From Candidatus Iainarchaeum sp. (lineage in GTDB: Archaea > Iainarchaeota > Iainarchaeia > Iainarchaeales > Iainarchaeaceae), in assembly GCA_043812975.1 (NCBI GenBank), contig JBDRLP010000029.1:1-21029 (forward strand): 21,029 bases of DNA, given 5' to 3'. Below are positions 1 to 9,109 of the stretch, in pieces. Every line of letters begins with the position of its first letter. Position 1 is the first letter of the stretch. Below the pieces are notes generated by a model. It saw nothing but the letters and a program-made list of their open reading frames with translations. It searched no databases and was not told the DNA's origin. Both the position numbers and the translations under genes were made by a program.

Positions 1-14
1 ATAATTTAGATAAA

Positions 15-176
15 ATGCCTAAAAAAAAGAAAGGTGGTGGTGCGGTGCGTTTATCCGTATCTGTTACAACAGAAGAACAAGAATTTCTTGAAAGTAACCA
101 ATACAGCCCTTCAAAGCTGTTAAAGTGGGCATTAGAGAAAAAAGGATTTAAAAAACCTGAAAAAGGCAATAAGTAG
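15..176 (+). CDS. Small ribbon-helix-helix (CopG/MetJ-like) DNA-binding protein, 53 aa; not in ORF track
   Basis: Manual translation MPKKKKGGGAVRLSVSVTTEEQEFLESNQYSPSKLLKWALEKKGFKKPEKGNK*. Alternating beta-strand VRLSVSV, helix TEEQEFLES, turn, helix SPSKLLKWALEK match the RHH pattern. ATG at 15, TAG at 174-176. Confidence 0.6.
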   Translation: MPKKKKGGGAVRLSVSVTTEEQEFLESNQYSPSKLLKWALEKKGFKKPEKGNK

Positions 177-198
177 TTAAAATTGTTGTTTCATGATG

Positions 199-292
199 TG
201 TAAAGAGAGTGGCTCATTTCCATGTGCGGATTACCTTCCTCGGAGGGTTCCTGCAAGGATTTGAGCCCTTTTTCCCTATTTTTCCCTTTACA
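199..292. ncRNA. Candidate structured non-coding RNA or DNA element (multi-stem junction)
   Basis: GC-rich island in an AT-rich intergenic region. Nested pairings: TGTAAAG(199-205)/CTTTACA(286-292); GGCTCA(211-216)/TGAGCC(262-267); internal hairpins TCC-atgtgc-GGA, ACCTTC-ctcg-GAGGGT, TCCT-gca-AGGA. TATA-like box at 315-322. Confidence 0.4.
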
Positions 293-442
293 ATACTAAT
301 ATTCTCAATACCTTTATTTAAACCTTCCTATAATTCGCATCAATTATCAATATTATTAACATCAATAACAGGTTCAGAAGTTGATTTCTAAGAAAACTAA
401 AAAACGATACTATTTAAAAGTTTAAATGATGCTAATTATTAC

Positions 443-1267
443 ATGTCTAAAAAAGAAAATTATCTAAAAGTAGATATTCCAAGAGATGGATTTTATACTA
501 CTAAATTCTTTGACTTCTTAAATAGCATTCAAAATAGAGGCGGGAAGGCTACAAAAGCAGAATTATTAAAAGACTTGAAACTAGAAAATACAAGTGGTTC
601 TACTATCAATACTTTAATTGTCAGTTGTAGAAGATATGGCTTATTAGTTCCTGCAAGAAGTAAACATATACAATTATCTAAATTAGGAAAATCTTATTTT
701 AAAGAAAGCAAAGAGGGTAAAAAAGCCGTTCTTATTGAAGCTTTTCTAAATGTGCCAAAGTTTAGAGCATTCTTTGAAAATAATGATTTTATTGAATTAC
801 CTAAATTTAGTCTAATGAAAGATATTGTTAAAAGAGAGGGATTGCCCGATAAATATATAGCAATTGCCACTACACTCATTAGAGGTAATATAGACTATTT
901 AAATTCAAGTTTTAAAGAAATCAAAAACTTTAATGAAGTTGAAAAAAATACATCAAATCAACCAATAGAAGAAAGAGAAACTAAGAATGAAATGAAAGAA
1001 GGTAACTCAACCAAAGCATACTACAAAAAAGGATTTGAATTAGGAATACTTGTTGGTTCACTTTTTTTGAAAAATACCTTAAAAATAGACGATTTACAAG
1101 ATTTAAAAGATAAAGTTGAAGAGTTACCTAATTTATCTACTGAAATAAATAGGGCAATTGACCAAAATGCTAAAGGACTACTTGATGAGGATAAACTCTT
1201 GAATTATGCAAAAATTTACTTTAAAGAAGCTTTAGAGAAAGATTTAGATATTCCTATTAAGTTATGA
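443..1267 (+). CDS. Hypothetical protein with N-terminal winged helix-turn-helix domain(s), probable DNA-binding
   Basis: 274-aa ORF. GGKATKAELLKDLKL...SGSTINTLIVSCRRYGLL...IQLSKLG is a wHTH-like pattern. TTTAAAT at 421-427 lies just upstream. Codon usage is visibly AT-richer than the housekeeping genes. Confidence 0.6.
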   Translation: MSKKENYLKVDIPRDGFYTTKFFDFLNSIQNRGGKATKAELLKDLKLENTSGSTINTLIVSCRRYGLLVPARSKHIQLSKLGKSYFKESKEGKKAVLIEAFLNVPKFRAFFENNDFIELPKFSLMKDIVKREGLPDKYIAIATTLIRGNIDYLNSSFKEIKNFNEVEKNTSNQPIEERETKNEMKEGNSTKAYYKKGFELGILVGSLFLKNTLKIDDLQDLKDKVEELPNLSTEINRAIDQNAKGLLDEDKLLNYAKIYFKEALEKDLDIPIKL

Positions 1268-1333
1268 CTTTAAGTGCAACTTTCAGACTAAAAGTGCAAA
1301 AGGCACTAAAGGTGCAAAGCCTTGAAGTGTACT
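1267..1333 (+). repeat. Array of 3-4 imperfect 14-bp direct repeats, consensus ACTwwArGTGCAA
   Basis: ACTTTAAGTGCAAC 1267-1280, ACTAAAAGTGCAAA 1287-1300, ACTAAAGGTGCAAA 1305-1318, degenerate CCTTGAAGTGTACT 1320-1333. Confidence 0.7.
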
Positions 1334-1335
1334 AG

Positions 1336-1347
1336 TTTTTTATAAAA
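1336..1347 (+). promoter_or_regulatory. TATA box of prs (probably leaderless transcript)
   Basis: TTTTTTATAAAA centred about 25 nt upstream of ATG 1366, with no SD motif in between. Confidence 0.6.
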
Positions 1348-1365
1348 GGAATATAATAGTAGTAC

Positions 1366-2241
1366 ATGATTGTATTTCCAATGAGCAATTCCCCTGAATT
1401 AGGGAAAAGCATTGCCAAAAAAGCAGGAGTAAAGCTTGGAAAACTCAAATCAGAACTGTTTCCTGATGGAGAATTTCATATGCAGTACCTTAATGAGGTA
1501 AGAGACAGGGAAGTAGTACTGGTTCAGAGCCTTCATCCTAATCCGAATGATACTTTGATGGAACTTTACTTTGCAGGAAAAACAGCAAAAGAATTAGGAG
1601 CAAAAAAAGTAACAGGAGTTATTCCTTACTTAGCTTACATGAGACAGGATAAGAGATTTCATAATGGAGAAGTTGTTTCTAATCATCTAATGGCACACTT
1701 ACTCAATATTAGTTTGGATAAAATCATTACAGTTGACCCGCATTTACACCGAGTTCATGATTTGACAGAATTATTCCACATTGAAAGAAGAAAAATTACA
1801 GCTAATGAGGCTATTGCTGATTATATTTCGGAAAAATTCTCAAAACAAAACACAGTAATTATTGGACCGGATATTGAAAGCTATCAATGGGCATCTCGCA
1901 TCGCTGAAAAAATAAAATTTCCTGTAAGTATTTTCCTGAAAGAAAGGTTTTCCTCCAGAAAAGTTAAAGTAAAAGTAATGAAAGAACTTGATTGGAAAGA
2001 AAAAAATATTGTAATTGTTGATGATATTATAAGTTCAGGCCACACAATGATTGAAGCAATAAAATCAATGCGCAAAAAAGGAGCAAAAACAGTTCACTGT
2101 ATCTGCGTTCATGCAGTGATGGCTGAAAATGCATTTGAAAAAATGAAAAAAGCCGGAGCAAAAAGCATTATTTCATGCAACACTATTCCTCATAAAAGCA
2201 ACAAAATAGATTTGGCAAAAACAATTGTAGAATACTTGTAA
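1366..2241 (+). CDS. prs: Ribose-phosphate pyrophosphokinase (PRPP synthetase)
   Basis: Motifs FPDGE, PYLAYMRQDK, VDPH, IIGPD, and PRPP-binding IVIVDDIISSGHT. Confidence 0.97.
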   Translation: MIVFPMSNSPELGKSIAKKAGVKLGKLKSELFPDGEFHMQYLNEVRDREVVLVQSLHPNPNDTLMELYFAGKTAKELGAKKVTGVIPYLAYMRQDKRFHNGEVVSNHLMAHLLNISLDKIITVDPHLHRVHDLTELFHIERRKITANEAIADYISEKFSKQNTVIIGPDIESYQWASRIAEKIKFPVSIFLKERFSSRKVKVKVMKELDWKEKNIVIVDDIISSGHTMIEAIKSMRKKGAKTVHCICVHAVMAENAFEKMKKAGAKSIISCNTIPHKSNKIDLAKTIVEYL

Positions 2242-2242
2242 A

Positions 2243-2866
2243 TTATTTTTCTAAAAAGAGGTTAACACCAGCAGTCTGGTTTTTTCCTTTCTCGTCTTTA
2301 ACAGAAACCTCAAAACCACTAACACTAAAACCTTTTAGTTTTCTGGAACGAACCATTTGCTTCAACTGCTTTACTTCCTTTTCCTGCAGTTCAGCAATTC
2401 CTTTTCCTCCGGAATAAAGATCCATTGTTCTGAAAGAAAGAAAAGCCTTTCCGCCTTCAGCTAATGAGTTTTGAATTTTTTCAACAATTTTTTCAGGCTC
2501 GCCTATTTCGTGCAAAGTTCTGAATGAAAAAACAAAATCAATTTCCTTAGGAAACTCGGATTCAATTGCGTCTCCCAACACAGATTCATCAGGGTGTTTT
2601 TCAGGCGCCAATAAATCAAGACCTATAGTATGTACTTGTTCACCAAATTTTTCTTTCAAATCAGCAAGAAAACCGCCATTACCGCAACCAAGATCCATTA
2701 TTCTTACAAAAACCTTATCCTCTAGCTTTTTTTCTATAAGATCTTCAATCTTTTCCTTAAAACCCATGTTCTGAAAGAAAGAATTATACTGTTCCAGAGA
2801 GTTCTCCACTTCAGTAACTCCAAGAGTGTACTTCTCAACATACTTCTTTACTACTTCTTTTCGCAT
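2243..2866 (-). CDS. Class I SAM-dependent methyltransferase
   Basis: Motif I IMDLGCGNG, post-I GLDL, GDA, DFVFS...LHE, L.EGG. Start moved to ATG 2866 because a TATTTAAA box (minus strand, 2889-2896) lies about 25 nt upstream. Confidence 0.85.
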   Translation of the reverse strand: MRKEVVKKYVEKYTLGVTEVENSLEQYNSFFQNMGFKEKIEDLIEKKLEDKVFVRIMDLGCGNGGFLADLKEKFGEQVHTIGLDLLAPEKHPDESVLGDAIESEFPKEIDFVFSFRTLHEIGEPEKIVEKIQNSLAEGGKAFLSFRTMDLYSGGKGIAELQEKEVKQLKQMVRSRKLKGFSVSGFEVSVKDEKGKNQTAGVNLFLEK

Positions 2867-2923
2867 GAAAAAAAAGGGTTTCATAAGGTTTAAATACTAT
2901 GGGGGAAGCTATTATTAGAATAG

Positions 2924-4416
<1,493 letters not shown>

Positions 4417-4421
4417 TTCGC

Positions 4422-5336
4422 ATGCTTAAAACAAAATTCTGCAACCTAAACCTAAACAACCCAACCAGACTTGCATCCGGAATAATGGGAGTAAACGCAG
4501 GACAGCTTATAAGAGTGGCAAAAGAAGGAGCAGGAGCTGTTACAACGAAAAGTATCGGCCCAAAAGAACGCAAGGGTCATAAGAATCCTGCAGTAATTGA
4601 ATGGGAACATGGTTTACTGAACGCAGTTGGTTTGCCAACTCCAGGCTATAAAAATACTGAAGAAGAATTTGAAGAATTAAAAGCACTGAAGAAAAGTGGT
4701 GTTCCTCTTATTGCAAGCATTTATGGAAGTAAAGTAAGTGAATTTCTGGAAGTAGCAGAATATGTTGCTTCAAAAAAACCAGAAGCAATTGAATTAGATA
4801 TTTCATGCCCAAACACAGAATGGGGCGGAACACAGTTTGCATGTGACCCTGAAATAAGTCACAAAATAATTTCAAGTGTCAAAAATGTCGTGGGGAAAAT
4901 TCCTGTAATTGCAAAACTAACTCCAGCAGCAACAAGTCCTATAGCAGTAGGAGTTGCTTGTGAAGAAGCAGGAGCTGATGCAATCTGCGCAGCAAACACA
5001 ATGCCAGGAATGATAATTAACATTGATGCTAGAAAACCAATTTTAGCTTTCAAGAAAGGTGGAATGTCAGGACCTGCATTAAAACCAATTAATTTGAAAA
5101 TTGTTTACGAACTTTACGGAAAAGTAAAAGTTCCAATAATAGGAGAAGGTGGAATCACTAATGGAAGAGACGCTCTTGAATATGTGATGGCTGGTGCTAC
5201 ATTATGCGGAATTGGAAGTGCTGTTTACAAACATGGTTCGGGAGTTTTCAAAAAAACAACTGGCGAAATAGAAAAGTGGCTGAAGGAAAATAGTTATTCA
5301 AAATTAAGTCAAGTAAGAGGAATTGCTCATGAATAA
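4422..5336 (+). CDS. pyrD: Dihydroorotate dehydrogenase family 1B catalytic subunit
   Basis: ASG, TTKS, LNAVGL, ISCPN, AKLTP, NT, GGMSGPALKP, GGI. ATG 4422 follows SD-like GTGAT; GTG 4413 is the alternative start. Confidence 0.95.
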   Translation: MLKTKFCNLNLNNPTRLASGIMGVNAGQLIRVAKEGAGAVTTKSIGPKERKGHKNPAVIEWEHGLLNAVGLPTPGYKNTEEEFEELKALKKSGVPLIASIYGSKVSEFLEVAEYVASKKPEAIELDISCPNTEWGGTQFACDPEISHKIISSVKNVVGKIPVIAKLTPAATSPIAVGVACEEAGADAICAANTMPGMIINIDARKPILAFKKGGMSGPALKPINLKIVYELYGKVKVPIIGEGGITNGRDALEYVMAGATLCGIGSAVYKHGSGVFKKTTGEIEKWLKENSYSKLSQVRGIAHE

Positions 5337-6186
5337 AAAAGAATGCAAAGGAAACTGTAGCTGTGATGAGTGGCCTTCAGAAACCAAAACAAGAATGGTT
5401 GAAATAGAAAAAGTTCGCGAAGAATTCCCAGGAAATAAAACTTTTTTTATGAAAGAAGAACTTGAATTTGAACCTGGGCAGTTTGCAATGATTTGGCTTC
5501 CAGGAGAAGATGAAAAACCAATTGCATTAATACCTAACGGAAAAAAATACGCACTTAATATTGAAGGAAAAGGCGGAGCAACAAAAAAGATTCTAAAATT
5601 CAAGAAAGGTCAGAAATTAGGGGTAAGAGGACCTTATGGAAAAGCATTTTCTTTGAAAGGAATCAAAAAAGCTTGTATTATTGCAGGCGGAGTTGGTATT
5701 GATTCAATAATCCTGCTTGCACAAAAACTTAAAGAGCAAAAAGCAAAAGTAAAAATTATTCTTGGAGGAAGGAATAAAGAAAGAATTATTTTTGAAAAGG
5801 AACTCAAAATAACCGGAGAAGTATACATAACAACTGATGATGGTTCTTATGGGGAAAAAGGATTTAATGTACAGGTTCTTGAAAGACTCCTGAAAAAGGA
5901 AAAATTTGATCTTATTTATGCTTGTGGGCCTGAAATAATGACAATAAACGCATTAAAAGTGGCTCAGAAGTATAATATGAAGTTTGAAGGATCATTAGAA
6001 AGGTACATGAAATGCGGGATAGGCATATGTGGCCAGTGCGTGGTAGATGACAAACTTGTTTGTAAAGATGGCCCTGTATTTTCGGGAAATGAATTAAGCA
6101 AAATGAAAGAATTTGGAAAAACAGCTTATTTGAAAAGCGGCAAGAAAGTTTCGCTTAAAGATTACTATGCGTGGAGAGACGAATGA
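5329..6186 (+). CDS. pyrK: Dihydroorotate dehydrogenase electron transfer subunit
   Basis: PGQFAM, VRGPYG, AGGVG, TDDGSYG, YACGP, and 2Fe-2S motif ERYMKCGIGICGQC...CKDGPVF. Confidence 0.95.
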   Translation: MNKKECKGNCSCDEWPSETKTRMVEIEKVREEFPGNKTFFMKEELEFEPGQFAMIWLPGEDEKPIALIPNGKKYALNIEGKGGATKKILKFKKGQKLGVRGPYGKAFSLKGIKKACIIAGGVGIDSIILLAQKLKEQKAKVKIILGGRNKERIIFEKELKITGEVYITTDDGSYGEKGFNVQVLERLLKKEKFDLIYACGPEIMTINALKVAQKYNMKFEGSLERYMKCGIGICGQCVVDDKLVCKDGPVFSGNELSKMKEFGKTAYLKSGKKVSLKDYYAWRDE

Positions 6187-7451
6187 ACCTCGCACTAATA
6201 AATGGAAAAGTTTTCATTAAAGGAAAGCTGGTGAAAACAAATATTCTGCTTCAAAATGGAAAAATCAAAAAAATTACTTCTTCAAAAATAAAAGCAGAAA
6301 AAGAAATTGATTGTAAAGGAAAAATAATTCTTCCAGGAGCAATAGATGTACACGTACATTTCAGGAGCCCTGGATTTGAGTATAAAGAAGATTTTTTCAG
6401 CGGATCATTAGCAGCACTTCATGGAGGCATCACAACAATAATGGATATGCCAAACACACAACCTGTTACCTCAACAGTAAAAGCACTTGAAGCAAAAAGA
6501 AAATTTGCTGGAAAAAACTGCCTTACAAATTTTGAAATTTACATAGCTGCACTAAATAATAATCTTGGCGAAATTTCTAAAGCAAAAAATATTCGCGCAG
6601 TAAAACTTTATTACGGTTCTACAACAGGAAATATTTTAATGAATAAAGAAACAGCAATTAAAAAATTGTTCAAAATTGCAAAGAAAAAAGGATTCGTGGT
6701 TGTAATTCATGCAGAAGATGAAGGAACAATAAAACAAAATGAAGAAAAATTCAAAAAAAGCAATAATCCAGGAGTTCATGCAAAAATAAGAAGTGAAAAA
6801 GCCGAAGTAAAAGCGATTTCGGAAATACTTTCAATTCAAAAAAAGATTGGAAACAAAATCCACATAGCGCATATTTCCTCAGAAAAAGGACTTGCTCTTA
6901 TTAAGAAAGCAAAGAAAAGAAAATTCGGAAAGCAAATTACCTGTGAAGTAACACCGCATCATTTATTTTTAGATTCTTCAGATTACAAAAAACTTGGAAA
7001 CCTGATAAAATGCAATCCTTCAATTAAAGAATCAAAACATAGGAAAGCACTCTTTAATGGTTTGAAAAATGGAACAATAGATATTGTTGCAACAGACCAT
7101 GCTCCGCATTCTTTTAAGGAAAAAAAACAAGGTTATTGGAAAGTACCTTCCGGAATTCCGGGGGAAGAAACAATGCTTCCCCTTTTGCTTGACACAGTGA
7201 ACAAAAAACAAATTTCTTTGAAAAGAGTTGTTGAAGTTATTTCTGAAAAACCAGCACAAGTTTTTGACTGGAAAAAAAAAGGATTCATTAAAACAGGATT
7301 TGATGCGGATCTCGTGATTATGGACATGAATGGAAAATACAGGGTTGAGAACAAGAAATTGTTCACAAAAGCAAGGTATTCGCCCTGGAACAAGAAAACA
7401 TTAAAAGGACACATTGAAAATACTATAATAGGAGGACAGGTTTTTGGGTGA
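6183..7451 (+). CDS. pyrC: Dihydroorotase (type I, amidohydrolase)
   Basis: PGAIDVHVHFR.PG, DMPNT, HAED, HIAHIS, CEVTPHHL, NP, ATDHAPH. ATGA overlap with the pyrK stop gives start 6183. Confidence 0.95.
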   Translation: MNLALINGKVFIKGKLVKTNILLQNGKIKKITSSKIKAEKEIDCKGKIILPGAIDVHVHFRSPGFEYKEDFFSGSLAALHGGITTIMDMPNTQPVTSTVKALEAKRKFAGKNCLTNFEIYIAALNNNLGEISKAKNIRAVKLYYGSTTGNILMNKETAIKKLFKIAKKKGFVVVIHAEDEGTIKQNEEKFKKSNNPGVHAKIRSEKAEVKAISEILSIQKKIGNKIHIAHISSEKGLALIKKAKKRKFGKQITCEVTPHHLFLDSSDYKKLGNLIKCNPSIKESKHRKALFNGLKNGTIDIVATDHAPHSFKEKKQGYWKVPSGIPGEETMLPLLLDTVNKKQISLKRVVEVISEKPAQVFDWKKKGFIKTGFDADLVIMDMNGKYRVENKKLFTKARYSPWNKKTLKGHIENTIIGGQVFG

Positions 7452-7461
7452 AGAAAAAATA

Positions 7462-7740
7462 ATGCTTAATGAACCAGAAATCGCAGAAATTATAAGGATT
7501 GAAAATTCTAGAAAGACAATGGAAGCAAGCGTGCTTATAGCAAGAAAAGCGAAAGCAATAGCTGATCAAAGAGGGTGCAACAAAAAAGCAGTCATACTAG
7601 CGATTGTTAGACAAGCAGGGTTAACCCCAGTATTGAATGAAATTTTGCTGAATCCAAAAGGAAAAGGTCCCCACGGACGAGCACAAAGAGAAAAAAAACA
7701 TAAAGAACTATTTGGTAGACCAAGTAAAAGAAGGTACTGA
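7462..7740 (+). CDS. Small basic hypothetical protein (92 aa) inside the pyr operon
   Basis: Fills the pyrC-pyrE gap. SD GGTGA (7447-7451) precedes ATG 7462, and the stop lies 1 nt before the pyrE ATG. No recognisable motif. Confidence 0.65.
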   Translation: MLNEPEIAEIIRIENSRKTMEASVLIARKAKAIADQRGCNKKAVILAIVRQAGLTPVLNEILLNPKGKGPHGRAQREKKHKELFGRPSKRRY

Positions 7741-7741
7741 A

Positions 7742-8359
7742 ATGACCAACGAAGAATTAGCATTAAAACTCCATGAAATAGGAGCAATAAAATTTGGATT
7801 ATTTACGCTTAAGTCAGGGTTGAAAAGCCCTATTTACATAGACCTCAGGGTTTTGATTTCTTATCCAGAAGCTTTGAAAATGGTTGGAAAAGCTCTTGGA
7901 GAAAAAGCAGAAGGCCTGGATTTTGATTTAATTGCAGGAATTCCTTTTGCAGCAATTGCAATAGCAACAGCAGTCTCACTTGAAAAGAACTGGAGAATGG
8001 TTTTCCCAAGAAAAGAACAGAAGGAATACGGAACAAAAGCAAAAGTAGAGGGAAAATATTCTAAAGGAGAAACATGCTTAGTAATAGATGATTTGATTAC
8101 TGATGGCGGAAGCAAGTTTGAAGCAATAGCACCTCTTGAAAAAGAAGGTTTGAAAATCAAAGATGTTATTGTTCTTGTTGACAGGGAACAAGGAGGCAAA
8201 AAAACTCTTTTGAATGAAGGTTATCATTTGTATTCAGTTTTCAAAATAACAGAATTACTGGAAATACTGCACAAACACAAAAAAATTGATGAACTTATTT
8301 ATGAAAGTACAAAAAAATATTTTGAAGACCCAAAAAAATGGCACGGTGATTCTGAATGA
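7742..8359 (+). CDS. pyrE: Orotate phosphoribosyltransferase
   Basis: FG.FTLKSG.KSPIYIDLR, RKEQKEYGT, LVIDDLITDGGS, VDREQG. Confidence 0.96.
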   Translation: MTNEELALKLHEIGAIKFGLFTLKSGLKSPIYIDLRVLISYPEALKMVGKALGEKAEGLDFDLIAGIPFAAIAIATAVSLEKNWRMVFPRKEQKEYGTKAKVEGKYSKGETCLVIDDLITDGGSKFEAIAPLEKEGLKIKDVIVLVDREQGGKKTLLNEGYHLYSVFKITELLEILHKHKKIDELIYESTKKYFEDPKKWHGDSE

Positions 8360-9060
8360 GTACAATAAAAATAGACAAAAGTATTGTGCCAGCATGTGAT
8401 TTTGATTCACTGGAAGAATTTGAAAATCTTGTAAAAGAAACTGCAGGAGTTGAAGGAATCGGAGCCTACAAAGTAGGTTTTGAACTCGGGTTAAAATATG
8501 GTTTGCCAAAAGTTGTTGAGGTTGCAAGGCAGCATACTGATAAACCAATTATCTACGACCATCAAAAAGCAGCAACTGATGTTCCGTTTACAGGAGAAAA
8601 GTTTGCAAAAGTTTGTAAGGAAGCAGGAATCAACACAGTAATTCTTTTTCCACAGGCGGGTCCCGAAACAGAAATTGCGTGGATAAAGGCCTGCCAAAAA
8701 GAAGGTTTGGGAGTTATTATCGGAGGAGAAATGACTCACCCTGGTTATTTAGAAAAGGAAGGGGGATTCCTAAGAGATGATGCTCCATTGAAAATGTATG
8801 AAATTGCAATAGAACACGGAGTAACTGAATTTGTGGTTCCCGGAAATAAACCGGAAAAAATCAAGAAATATAAGGAATTTTTTGATTCAAAAGGAATTGA
8901 TGCAGTACTTTATTCCCCAGGTCTTGTTGCGCAGGGAGGAAGCATTTCTGCTTCCGGAAAAGCCGCAGGTTCAAAATGGCATGCAATTGTAGGAAGAGGT
9001 ATCTACAAAGCTGACGATAAAAAGAAAGCAGCAGAAGAACTTTCAAGCCAGTTGAAGTGA
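8356..9060 (+). CDS. pyrF: Orotidine-5'-phosphate decarboxylase (divergent)
   Basis: ACD, YKVG, variant catalytic motif YDHQKAATDVPFT, MTHPG, VPG, SPG..AQGG, IVGRGIY; last gene of the pyr operon. Confidence 0.88.
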   Translation: MSTIKIDKSIVPACDFDSLEEFENLVKETAGVEGIGAYKVGFELGLKYGLPKVVEVARQHTDKPIIYDHQKAATDVPFTGEKFAKVCKEAGINTVILFPQAGPETEIAWIKACQKEGLGVIIGGEMTHPGYLEKEGGFLRDDAPLKMYEIAIEHGVTEFVVPGNKPEKIKKYKEFFDSKGIDAVLYSPGLVAQGGSISASGKAAGSKWHAIVGRGIYKADDKKKAAEELSSQLK

Positions 9061-9109
9061 ACTGAGCAAAGAAACAAAGTTTAAAAACCCCAAGAGCTTA
9101 TTCTTTAGA

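Noticed and set aside
211..267. Possible tRNA or tRNA-derived att site (cloverleaf-like)
   Set aside because: Too short, no GTTCRA T-loop or D-loop consensus and no 7-nt anticodon loop; kept only as a generic structured element.
209..391. 60-aa ORF from the track (MAHFHVRITF...)
   Set aside because: GTG start, F/I/P-rich sequence that reflects pyrimidine tracts, and overlap with the structured element and a TATA box; no support for coding.
1267..1333. Possible mini-CRISPR array
   Set aside because: Repeats are 14 bp with 1-6 bp gaps; no spacer-length sequences and no cas genes.
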